From Eukaryota sp. GEM-RC1 (taxonomy: Eukaryota): a DNA stretch of 64,000 nt. The stretch lies in NCBI GenBank assembly GCA_040285855.1, contig JAUFOQ010000005.1, forward strand, positions 620,001 to 684,000. Direction: 5' to 3'. The notes beneath the pieces were generated by a model. The model was not told where the DNA came from. It saw nothing but the letters and a program-made list of their open reading frames with translations, and did no database searches. The position numbers were made by a program, and so were the translations under genes. Below, piece by piece: positions 11,431 through 23,422 of this stretch. Position 1 is the stretch's first letter. The number at the start of each line of letters is the position of its first letter.

Positions 11431-14400
11431 CTACAACGCTCCCGCTAGAAACATTTCTCTATATTCTACAATTGAACTCTCGTAATCACCAGAAAACAAG
11501 TTGTTATCAAAGAGAAAAACTATAAACTGTTCAACCAGATTTGAACTTTTATCTGTAGAAAACCCATCACTACATACATTTTCATTCATGAGCACAACAA
11601 CACGTTCCATTTGTCGAAATACTGGTGACAAGTGTCCAAACTCACAACCAAATTTCCAGACATTAACTGAACCAAACGAAGAAGTAAAACTACAAGCCAG
11701 CTTTAAGAAGACTTCAGGAGATAATTGAACTTTGTGTAGATTTTCAAAAGATTCGTTAAATCCACGTGAAATTAAATCATTGGGAAATTGATCATTATGA
11801 TTATGTAAGAATCTCTTTACCTCAGATTCCAAGCAGGAATTGATCATGCTAGAGTGTATCATTTTGTTATCAAAGACAGACTCATTGCTTCCAATTGAAA
11901 TTAATTGTGTTAATCCCATAAGTGACACAAGGAGAGAGAGTTGACGTTTATCAAAAGATGGGAGTGTAAAAGAACATTTGTCAGTAGAAATATTCCAGTT
12001 TGACAAATGAGGAAAGAAGCAGGAATAACATGATGGAATCAAATTGATTAATTGGAATAGACTGGAAAACGGAGAATGTATAATAACTTCATTCTTTTCT
12101 GAATATTTTTTGTTTTTATGCTTGGAATTAAGGTGGTCCAATCCAAATGAAAATTGATTGGGAAAAGTCTCAAATGAAAGGTGAAATCGAGAGTCAAACA
12201 TTGAGTCATTTAGAAGTAAACGTTCCAAAATGAAAAATTCTGTTAAATTTTCAATTTTGAATATCAAACAGAGAGGTTTTGTTTTGACAACAACATTAAG
12301 TAACTTATAGTCAACAAAAAATGAAAAGGCATTGACACTGTCTTCACCACAATGTTGAGGTACAAAGAACTCAATACAAAGTCTTTGAAGTGACGGATAA
12401 TTCTTGGTAGTATTGTCTACTACCATCAAATTAACGACACTACTTGAATAAATGACGTCATCTGCGTTGACATTGATTGAATAATCAATAAAGGTCCATT
12501 GAGATAACTTATTGATTGCTGACTGTCGACTCAGTAGAGCAGAAACTTTAGGGGAAATTGATGATTGTTCAATCAATATAGATGATGGCTCAATTATCGT
12601 GTGATAACGATTTTTTCTACAAATTTTATCTAAAACAGCAGCAAATGCTACATGATTCAGTTCACCTAGATATTGTTTAGAAATTGAATGTTTCTGAAAC
12701 AATTTTGTCAAATCAGCTTTAATCGGAGCTGTATCAGTTTCAGGTGTTGCAAAATTTAAAAAACTGGGTAGAGCTTGTCTCACGGTATCGGTCACGTCAA
12801 TAAAGCTATTCAAGCAAGATAATGAAAACAGTTGGCCGAAATCTAACAGGGAACATTGACTAGAAAACCAATATTTGAAAACTTGATTAGATTCAAACAA
12901 CTGAACAATCGAATTAGGCAATTTAAAATCAATAGTCACAACGATCCGTAAAACAAATTTTTTAAAAATCAAAACAACAGAGTCAACAAGTTTTACAACT
13001 GAGGTAACAACCACAAGTAGACGATCTGTAGGCTCGACAAGTTTTGAATTTTCTTCTACAAAGTCCGCGAATTCTTGAAAAACTGGATTTGAGTCATCAC
13101 AATCACTTAAGTATTCCACTCTCACACAGGTAATTGCCTTGGGTTCAACTTTTTTAGAATTTTTGTTCTTCTTCTTCTTTTTCTTCGAGAGTTGTACCGG
13201 TGGAGTTATTACTGGCTGTTTTGCTTTCTGCTTCTTAACTTCTGTGGGAGAAATCTCTGGTTCTAGAGGGGGATTCACAGAAGAAGCAAGAGTGTTGGCA
13301 ACGGTGTCATTAACGAGGTTACAAAATTCAGCATCAACAACAATGTCCAACATTGAACTATTAAAGTAGAGGTTTTTAATAGATTCTAACTTGACTGGAT
13401 TATAATCAACAACGTCAGCTAATAGATTGGCTGCAAAAGTAAAGAAATACGCGGGGTATTTGTCAACATTCTGAAACGCAATCATGTTCTTAAGAACATC
13501 AATCTGAGTCTTTTTCCCAAGAGAACGAACAGTAACAATCAAATTTGATAGACAAGTCATCACGATCTCTTTTGATCCAGAAGGGGAAAACAATGGTAAG
13601 AAGCTAGTATTACACCTTTCGGCAAGAATTACATTAAGAAGGTGAGCAAAAGGAGGAAGATACTGAGAGAGATAATCAACAGAAGATGATAGGGATTGAG
13701 ACTCGTCTTGAATAATAGCGTCAACATCATGAAGATCACAACAGAAGGGTTTAACAGCGGTGATCCAAGAAGAGAGAGGTTTATGGAAGATATCGACGTT
13801 GAGGAAGGAAGATGAGGAGGTGGGATCGGAGAGAAAGAGACATGGCTGAGTAGATGGCAGAGGAAATTTGGTGATGTTCTTTAGGCGTTTTATATAGTAA
13901 GAGAGGGCGCTACAGAAGACATGCATTGTAGATTCAGCCAAATGGAACAGAGGATCGGATTGGATTTCATGGTTGGTGTTGTAGGATGAATGAGGATCAG
14001 AAAGAATGGGAGTGTAACCATGAGCTTTGAAGATAGACAAAGAACAAGACAACGGATCAGCAGAATCGATCACAGAGCATGTTTTACGTTGAAAGATCGC
14101 TTTCAAGAAACTGAAGTAAGACGCTATAGAGAAGAACTTGGTAGGAGTGATATCAAACTGAAGGAGAAGCTTCTTAAAGTAGGTACCAGCACCGTTAAAG
14201 ACTATAGTCAGCGACGGCTGTTGTAGAAGAGAGCGAAGATCATCTGGGATTTCACAATTGAGAGCATCAATAACAAGAATTACAGAAGGAGTATACAGTA
14301 AAGGGTGCTGATCGCATCAGATCCATCTAGTTGTGCATCTATTGCAACAAAAGGAAATTCGGTCGAGATGCTGTCTGTCAACTTGGTTATACATTGGGAG

Positions 14401-14483
14401 ATAAGGAATTGCTCTTCGTTGAGCGAAGTCTGGTAGACCGAGCATGATGGTAGTTCATGTACATATTTTACAGTTTGGGACAA
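11431..14483 (-). CDS. Large protein, divergent homolog of the 30.5-48.3 kb tandem family, with two degenerate DEDDy exonuclease-like domains; 5' end unresolved
   Basis: The 891-aa frame stays open upstream to ~14300 and joins ORF 14280-14483 by a one-base slip in a T-run. Shared blocks with the tandem family include FILERLLLNDSMF vs FILESLVNGDGFF, FFPHLSNWN vs ILPNLNNWF, and LACSFTSSFGSVNVWK..FGHL vs LASCYTTQFGELTKWK..FGHF. Confidence 0.7.
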
Positions 14484-16014
14484 TCAAACTTCTTTTGGAT
14501 TGAAAGTGTCAGCTTGTTCTATGTTGTTATCACTCTCAGAATCTGATGTATCGTAGATCTAGGATGAGTCTCCTGGATCACATTCCATTGCTGAGGGGAA
14601 GCCAAGTGATTAAGCCGATTGAAAACAAAATTATTAATTATCAAAATTTTCGGTTCTTGGTCAATTGACAAGACATGATTTATGTTACGAATACAATCAT
14701 GGACCTGCAAAGGACCCTAAAAGATTTCAAGACAGTACACAATATTTGTTGTTACTCTTTCTTTCTCCAAGTCTGGGAGCGTGACCAGAAGAAATGAGTT
14801 TAATAAAGTCCAGTCATGAATCTTTCTCGAAGATTCACAAGGACCTCTCAAATTTAAAAATTCAGAAAAATGCTGATTTGTTTGGTTCCCTGACTCCGAT
14901 CGAAGATTTATCTCTTCGATCGAGTACTAAATAATGAATTAACCGGTGTAAGCTGTATTAATTTTCGAACAACTGATCTAAATCTATTTGTGTAGCTTCT
15001 GGTGGAACTGATGTTGACTACACGATGAAGAATATCTTCAAGATAGGCAGTTAGGGTGTACTGTTTTTCTGTCATCTCAAGGTTGTAGGCCTCAGACAAA
15101 GGTATTGTGCGAATTCATTTAAGATGTTGTTGCTGATTTTTGATATTACTGGTACCAAAAAGAACTGTTATTGCGGTAATTGTTGGACATACATTTATAT
15201 CACTTAGTTCTACAATCGTTTCTGTGTCTAGTGTTTCCTAGTGTGCTTCCTTGCGACCAATTGAACACTGTTTAAGACCACTTTTTAATGATTTATTTCA
15301 GGGCCTCTCTTACCCAGAATATAGGACATAAACTTTCCAGATGGACCTTTATTATAAAGTTATGTTCAGCACTGTTCACCAACTGTGCACAGTGGTGGTG
15401 TCGAATTTATAATCAGTCATACTTCTTCTCCAATGAGAGGTATAGCGTTACACATTCCCTATCACAATGTCCACATTATCTCAGTGATTTATGTGTTTCA
15501 AAATTCTTCATAAAACGGCTTTACAGACTCTGTATTGAACTCACTACGACTAATCACAGTTGTAAAGGTACGTAACCTACATAGAGTGTTGTATCATTAA
15601 GAAATGCTAATCATAGATTCATTCCATGATAGCTAGCATTTTGGATTGTGTAGTGAACAACGATGTCAAATATTTTGTCAATTGATCTTTTGTTCACTAT
15701 ACGGATCCACTATAATTATAAGTTTACTGCTGAATGATGCTTAGTAGACATCTCAACTAGACCACTGAGTCTGATGTTTAGTCGTTCAACTCGAAAAACA
15801 CATGGTTATCACTCCAATAGACGTTTGGGCTGGCAAACAATTAGGTCGAATCAAATGATGATCATTCCTACTATAGATATTAAATACCCTTATTTTCCAC
15901 TCAAAATACTACATACAATTGTTTGTATGTGTAAAGAAGAAGCAACACATGTGGAAGTATTCTCAAAAAATATTTATATACAAAAAGGCAAGTTATAGAA
16001 AAGACTGACTCTGA

Positions 16015-19000
16015 TCATCCAAAAAATCTACCGTCAACATCATCATCATCAGTAGGGGCGAGCTCTTCTGCCCAACTAGGAGGAGGAACTATTTTTTTAA
16101 TCAGAATTCGGTAAGCCCTATTACGGTTTTCATCGAAATGAAACTTTTTAAACCACTTCCAAAATTCATCCTCTGTTAACTCCAACCAACGAAAGAGAGG
16201 ATCATTAATATTCATGTTGTCAAATAGGGCGTCATCTTTCTTCCAGTTATCCAAAAATGTCTCCAGTAAGGAAGAGTCAGCCTCTGCAGAGGATTCAACG
16301 AACTCTCTTGCCATTGATTTGTTATCTTCACCTGAAATGCACTTGTAAATCACTTCACATTCGGACGGTCGTTCATACTCAAGAAGTGGTGAACAAAGTT
16401 CAATCAATTTGATTTTTCCATCAATATTGGGAATGCAGGAAACAATTACAGCCAAATCCCATGGAGTAAAAAGCAAATTACTTTCTCTTAGAAGATATCT
16501 TCCAATTGATACAATTTTTCGGTTGGTACTTCCGTATCTAGTGTCATTGAATAGAACGTCAATTTTTGGTCTTGGTCTAGAGAAAGTAGCATCTCCAAGT
16601 ATGGAAGAAACAGTGTCCTTTTCATTAGGAAAATGTTTGAGAAGTTCATCAAAATCATTAACACAAATTACTGGATTTGGAACTGATGCGGCCCATGAAC
16701 GCAAAAAGCTCAGCTTTTCGTCACTGTGAATCGCTTCTTTAACAGCATCTATGAGCTCAATCATGGTCGGAACAGGAACTTTCTTTCGTTGACTGGAAAC
16801 TGGCCGACTTCTAGATTCAATGATTTCCATTGCCTTATCTCCATTATTGGAGAAATAGTTCTTGCAAAGTCTTTCGCATTCTGACAGGTCATCATAAACC
16901 AACTTATCAGCCCAAGCTTCAACTGCTCTCAGCTTTTCATCAATTGCAGAAAACCCTAACCGATTAAGGAGACGGGCTAGAACATCAACAGTAATTGATT
17001 GCGTATACCCATGTAATAAATCAAAGGCTTTCAGAACTTCATCATTGTTCGAGAAAAAGGACATAATAATGTCGAAACTTTCTGATGATAAAAAAACGTC
17101 TGAAACTGAGGCAATGTGAGAAGCAATGCTGCTGAACAGCTCAGCGTCTGATGCACCTGGTGTGAAGAACTGGCTGATCAAATAAGGCACCATATCAGAT
17201 TGTCCAATGGATTCGGACTTCTTTTGTGGTTGGTCAATAGGTTGTTGGTTACATTTTACTGACTCGAGGACTGAACGAACCTTGTTTCTGTGAGTTGAGG
17301 TTTTGAACATTCTAATGATCCCCACCAACTGCCAAAGAGTGTGAAATACCATCTTTTCAACAACGATAAGCAAGGCATCCAATCTACGCTGATGATGTGT
17401 AAAAGAATTCAACAGTTTCATCACTTGATCAACTGAAAGAGGTGATTCCATGATGTGATGGACAAGTTGCAATACTTCTAGCCTGTTATCTTGCTTAACT
17501 TCCTGATCATCATCCTCACCATGAAGATCTTCCAGTAATTTCACAACTTCCTCAAAGATAAAGCTGACATTTGGTACTGAGACTAACCAAGAGTTCAAGA
17601 TATTAACCATTTCATTTCGTCCCAAAGTATTTGGTGGATTAAGAGCCTTAAAAAGCATGTCCACAGTGGGGTAAACGGGGATAACTTCTTGATCAAGGAG
17701 GGTTGCTTTTTGAGACGTGATCAATTCTCTTGCCTTTGTTTTGTCCTCATCTTTGGAAATCGCATAGTAAATGGGTTCACAGTCAAATGGTAAAGCATAT
17801 ACCAGCTTTGGGGAACAGATCTCGATAACCTTCATCTGATCATTTTCGGTAAACATTTGTACAAATTTGGTGACATCAGAAACATCAAATGATGGCTTGT
17901 ACTTAGACAATAATTCAAATACTCCTATGCATTCTTCTGAATCCCGAAAAGCCCAAAAGACAGATTCGCATTCTTCTCTTGTTATAACAGTGTTAGAAAC
18001 AGGAACTGATTCCATCCATGAGTTCAAAACGTTGAACAATTCATTTTCTCTCAGACGTTTTGGTGGATTAAGAGATTCGATAAGCATATCTACCGTGGGG
18101 TAGACGGGGATATCACAAATACTTGGAACTATCTGAGAAGATAACATTTCTCTGGCCTTTGTTTTGTCCTCATCTTTGGAAAGCGCATAATAAATGGGTT
18201 CACAGTCAAATGGTAGAGCACATACTAACTTTTCTGAACAGATCTCGACAACCTTCATCTCATCATCATTAGCGACCATTGGCAGAATTTCAGCCACATC
18301 AGCAACATTAAAAGACGGGATATAAACAGACAACACTTCAAATGCATTGATGCGATCCTCTTTATCCTTATACGTTGAGAGGATAGAGGTGCATTCTTCT
18401 GTTGTTAAAATAATGTTCGAGGCAGTGAAAACGTCAGAATTAATAATTCGATGTTTGTCGGCAGTTTGAGCACATCGCTTCATTTTTTTAATTAAATCAA
18501 GAATATGTGGTTCTCCTGGTTGGAATTCCCCCCTGTTGCTTTACGGACATAGATTCAATAATGGGATAAGCAGCGTCTTTGTCAGTAGTAGAAGTAAATA
18601 CTTTGTGAAGTGTTTCCAACTCAGAATCAAAATGATAGACCAACTTGTTGGCAATCGCAGGCAATGCACTCAATCTGGAAGCGGGAGTGGAAAAAACTTT
18701 CAGTAAGCCTAACATTTGTTCAGCATTAAATGTTACAGAAAAGTGGGCGATTTTCTCCAGTACTTTGAGGCGTTGTTCGTCTGTCTTGAAAGTTTTTAGA
18801 ATCTTAGCTAATTCTTCAGGGCTAAACACTGGATTTGATACTGATGTCAACCATGAATCCAGGATATTGACCTTTTCTTCATCTGTAACTGAACCTGTGG
18901 TCCCTTTAATCAACATTTCAGTGGAAGGAATTGAAGGTTCAACAGTTTGAATGCTTGGAACAGAAGCAATGAGTTCCCTTGCCAAAGTTTTTCTTTTCTG

Positions 19001-20722
19001 GTTCAACAACCTTGTAAATTGGTTCGGTATCCCACGGTAGAGCATAAACTAACTTATGACAACAAGCTTCAATCACCTTCAGTTTTCCATCATTGTCTGG
19101 AATTTTGGCAATAAGGGAAGCAAACTCTGTTACATCAAATGATGGAATATACTCCGACAGTAGTACAATGGCTGTTACACGATTAGAATCATTGGGGAAA
19201 GTCGCAGCAATAGTTTGAATCTCTTTTACTGTCAGTGTGATGTCAAAAGCTGAAGAAAGTTCAGACTCTAGGACTTCCATCTTTCCTTCAACTTCTTTGG
19301 CAGCTCTGAGCTTTTTCTTGAACTGGGCAAAATTGAAGACGTTCACTTCACACTGTGGAATAGCTTGAGGAGTAGCTGGTTGTTGAACTGGATGTTGTGT
19401 AGTTGCTTGTTGGCTTACTGGAGGTTGAACCATTGCAGAAGTGGCATCTTGCTTGATGTTTTGTTCTACAGAAGCTTCTTCTAGATTCACAGTAGTGGAT
19501 TCAAACATTGCTCGAACAGATTCTTTGTCTTCAGCAACGGTAAATAATTTGAAAAGTGGCTCCAAATCAGACTCAGATTGATACTCCAACTTGTGAGCAA
19601 CTATGGGTAGTGCAGTCAATTTGTCAGCAGGAGTTTGAAATACTTTTAGTAAAGCTACCATATCCTGAACACTTACCATTTCCATCAGTTTTGAGATTTG
19701 ATCGAGTACTTCGATCCGTTGTTTGTCATTCTTAAATTTTTTAATAATCTTAGTCAATTCTTCAGGGCTAACCACAGGATTCGATACTGAAGCTAACCAT
19801 GAGTGTATAATATTGAACTTTTCTTCATCCGGTACAGAACCAGTGAGACCTTTAATTAGCATTTCTGGAGTAGGAATTGAAGACTCCACTGAATTTTGAA
19901 TGTGATTCGCCCCTCTAGCAGATGTGATGAGTTCCCTCGCCAAAGATTTGTTTTCTATAGGAGAAAGAGACTTGTAAATTGGTTCGGTATCCCAAGGCAA
20001 ATCATATAGCAACTTATGACAACAAGATTCGATTATCTTCATTTTTCCATCAACTTTGGGAGTTTTTGAGATGAGAGAAGCCAGATCCGAGACGGTAAGT
20101 GATTCAACATGACGAGCCAAAAGTTCAATGGCAGACACACGATGATCAGCATTGGTGAAACAGGACGAAATCCCAACTAGTTCTTGAGCTGTGATTGTGC
20201 TATTGGGAATTGGGGAGAGTTCAGATACCAGTACTTCCAACTTTGCAGGAACAACTTTGGTCGCTTTGATCTTTTTAATCAGATCAGAAACATTAAGGTC
20301 TTCAACTTGAGCTTGTGGAACAGACGTAATGCCAGCTTCAGGTTCTGGCGTAACTTGTTGGTCAGTCTCCTCTTCACACTCACCTACACAGGATCGGATA
20401 ACGTCAATCCACTCCTCCTGGTCTTCAGCAGATTCAGCAGCAAGAACCCAAGGTCTCTTAGAACCATCTTGAAGTTCAAATTGGAAGGGTTTTTGTGTTT
20501 CAGCAGGCGTGTCAATGACAGTGAGTCCTTTGCAGACAATTCTTCCCTTGGGCATAGCTCCTGGTTTTTGAAAAGCTTCAGCGCTATCCCAACATTCAAC
20601 ATGGGAAGAGGAAGAAATGACAAAGAACTTGCGTTGCCACTAAAATGAGATCACATCATGTAACACACTGATCTAAGGGAAACACCACGCTTGTTTAAGA
20701 AACCAGAGTGTATGAAAGACAT
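16015..20722 (-). CDS. PH domain + DUF4476-like repeat protein, copy 2 (~1560 aa; intron 20640-20668; two homopolymer frameshifts)
   Basis: ATG at 20722; ORFs 18939-20555, 18497-19045 and 16015-18483 join at an A5 run (~18990) and a G6 run (~18530). Confidence 0.82.
20640..20668 (-). other. 29-nt GT-AG spliceosomal intron
   Basis: gtgtgttacatgatgtgatctcattttag; same position and length as in copies 1 and 3. Confidence 0.85.
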
Positions 20723-22795
20723 TGAGATAAGTGATTTGTCCTAGACGTCTTAGAAATCCAAATCGGTACGTGTCACACGTTGATTCAAGTTGATTCATGG
20801 TGCAATGAATATACACATCTTAAAGACTCGCAAGCGACGCAACACTGTCCTACCTCTCCTATCTATGGAGGAAAGCACTTTCCCACTCACACACTTAGAA
20901 TCTTTTGGGGATGTTTGATCTTTCTCATTTCCTTTTCCATTTTCTTAGGGTTTCCTCTCTTGGTCTAGTTTACGACTTGAGATTAAGTCAAGATCGTCTT
21001 TGAAATTAAGGTGGACGTACTCAGTACTGGATGTAGAACTGAATGTTAACGTGACCCACCGTATCATTACAGTAAGGATGTTTTTGTGAGCCAGCCGTTC
21101 CGTCGCTCTGTCTACCTGTGTCAATAGTTCGTTTTGTAGAATCCAAATTGAATCTATCACCGCTAGTTCACATGCTGATTGAAGCTACTTTTAATTCTAT
21201 ACATGAATAGCTCTTCAGGACGGAGAACCTTTCTGTAAAACAGCCTAGAGAAAGCCACTCATGACATTCTGATCGGATTTGCCTTCCCGTGAATGTGCCT
21301 CGTCGGTCGCACCCTTTAGTCAGTAGAAAAATAGTCTCACTGAGACTAACTAATATGACCAGTGTAGAGTTCTCTTCCTTATGTTTACTTCTCTAACAGT
21401 GGATCTGTTGTTAGATTAATGATCGTCGTTTTGGTTTCTCCCTCGTCATTGTTGTTCGCCCTTATTCAGTCCATTTTGTTCGTAATCTGAACACAACATA
21501 CAGTCTTAATATCAGTTCCTCTTCTTGTTGAGTCCTTTTGAATTCATGTTGTACAAAACAATTGATTGTAGCGAAATGAGATGATCTTCAAACCCTGCAT
21601 TGTGATTCCGTTCTATCAATTCAGTGAAGAGACAAAATTTTGGTTCCTTCAGCAAACACTTCTTTGAGGGTCAATAGAACATGTACATGGTGTCCTAAGG
21701 TCATGGACTTTTCTGGTAGTAATGCGAAATGACATTCTACATTCACTTCATCCAATACTTTCCTGAAAAAGTTGTTATAATTAGGGTTGTCCAACAACTC
21801 GAGTCATGTTGTTCCAAGTCAAGTTGTTCGACTTGACTTGGAAATTGTTGGCACCTGTTTTTACGAACTTTAAAGACCTTACGTAGTAGGTCATAGTGGA
21901 GTGATCAGCTAGTGTAAGTGATTAACTTATTTGTTATTAAATGGTCTGAATCTAGTTAAACAAACAAGGACGTAACATCCGTAAAAGAAAATGTGTAATC
22001 CAAAGTCTGATGATGATGGTTCCACTTCACTGACTTTGTTAAAGGACTGGTTGGGCAAGGGCTATGATATCTTAGAAGCTTGTAGTGATGACGGTAAGGA
22101 AGTAATTGCTGTTGAGGATGCTGAAGTTTCATCTGCAATTGTGGTCTTGTAGTGTGTTATTTGTATCTTAATTAATAAATTGATTTTTATTAGGATGTAT
22201 TGGTTGAAGATGCATCATGATCAATTCACAAGTTAAATCACGAACAGAAGTAAGTAAAAGGATCACTAAAAATTGTTCATGACTAACAACATGTCACAAA
22301 GTAACTGTGACTGGTTAGTGCCACCAGAAACTGATCTTTCGAGTAAAATACCAATGAATAGACCTAACCAAGTTCGCGGCTTCAATGCATCGTTGATTCA
22401 ATCCTAACCTAGATGGTCATAGTGGATGGCTGATACAGCTAGAAGAATGTTCAATGTTGCTTCGAAACACACAGAAGTCCTTTACTAAAATCAAAGTCTT
22501 GCAGGTCACTACAATTGTTTATAGTTTCCAGGGACTGGTTTTAACACATTGTAAATTGAAATGGATACTTAGCTTGAAAACATCTTTTACTGATTCTATT
22601 GATTCAACGATGTAATGGTGTTTGGAATTCTAAAGTTTTGAAAACTTCAGTGAAAAAGTAAAAGCATATCTTTTCCAAACAATCTGAACAGAGTCGTCAA
22701 GAAGCATAAGAGCGTAATCCTGTGAGAACTGGAAAGGTAAAAATGAAATACGCAAAATACAGGAGCAACAGGAGATTAATTTGAAATCTTAGCAA

Positions 22796-23281
22796 TAGTG
22801 TTGCAATTTGAGTCAAGTCTAGTCAACTCGAGTCTGAAATTCTTGACTCAACTCGATCCATGAGTCATACGAGTCAAGTCAGACTGACTCATGAAAAAAT
22901 CGACTAACTCAACTCAACTTACGAGTCTTACGGTCATCCAAAATTTTAAGACTGGGATATTCTACTACAATTAAAATTACTCCTCAAAGTCAAAACAACT
23001 ATCATCATCAAGCAACTTTTTCCAACATCTTTTCATATATTGTAACTGATAATATTTTAGCCACCATTATTTTGTTAAATTTATGATATACGGAATAACT
23101 TTGTTTTAAGGATCTAGACAGCGATTAAACTTGTATTTCAGGGAGTAAACTATGACACAACTTTTACTCAACTCATGAGTCGAGTCAACTCAAGTCTCAA
23201 ATTCTGATGAGTTATATGAGTCGAGTCAAACTGACTCAACTAGAAACTCGTGAGTTTGACGTGACTCAAATTACAACCCTA
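22796..23281. mobile_element. hAT-type MITE, GAGTC/GACTC family
   Basis: TIR tagtgttgcaatttgagtca / tgactcaaattacaacccta; flanks cttagcaa/cttagaga (6/8 TSD); dense GAGTC/GACTC subterminal repeats. A further related end lies at ~21782. Confidence 0.8.
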
Positions 23282-23422
23282 CTTAGAGAGCATTGTCACA
23301 TCCATGTCACACAATTAGAGAAGCTGGGCTTTTTCTGAGTGATATTAGATGTGATTACTAAGAAGTGACACGTCATGATCCGCATTTGAAGTTTCGACTG
23401 GATGAATCGCTATTCTCACACA

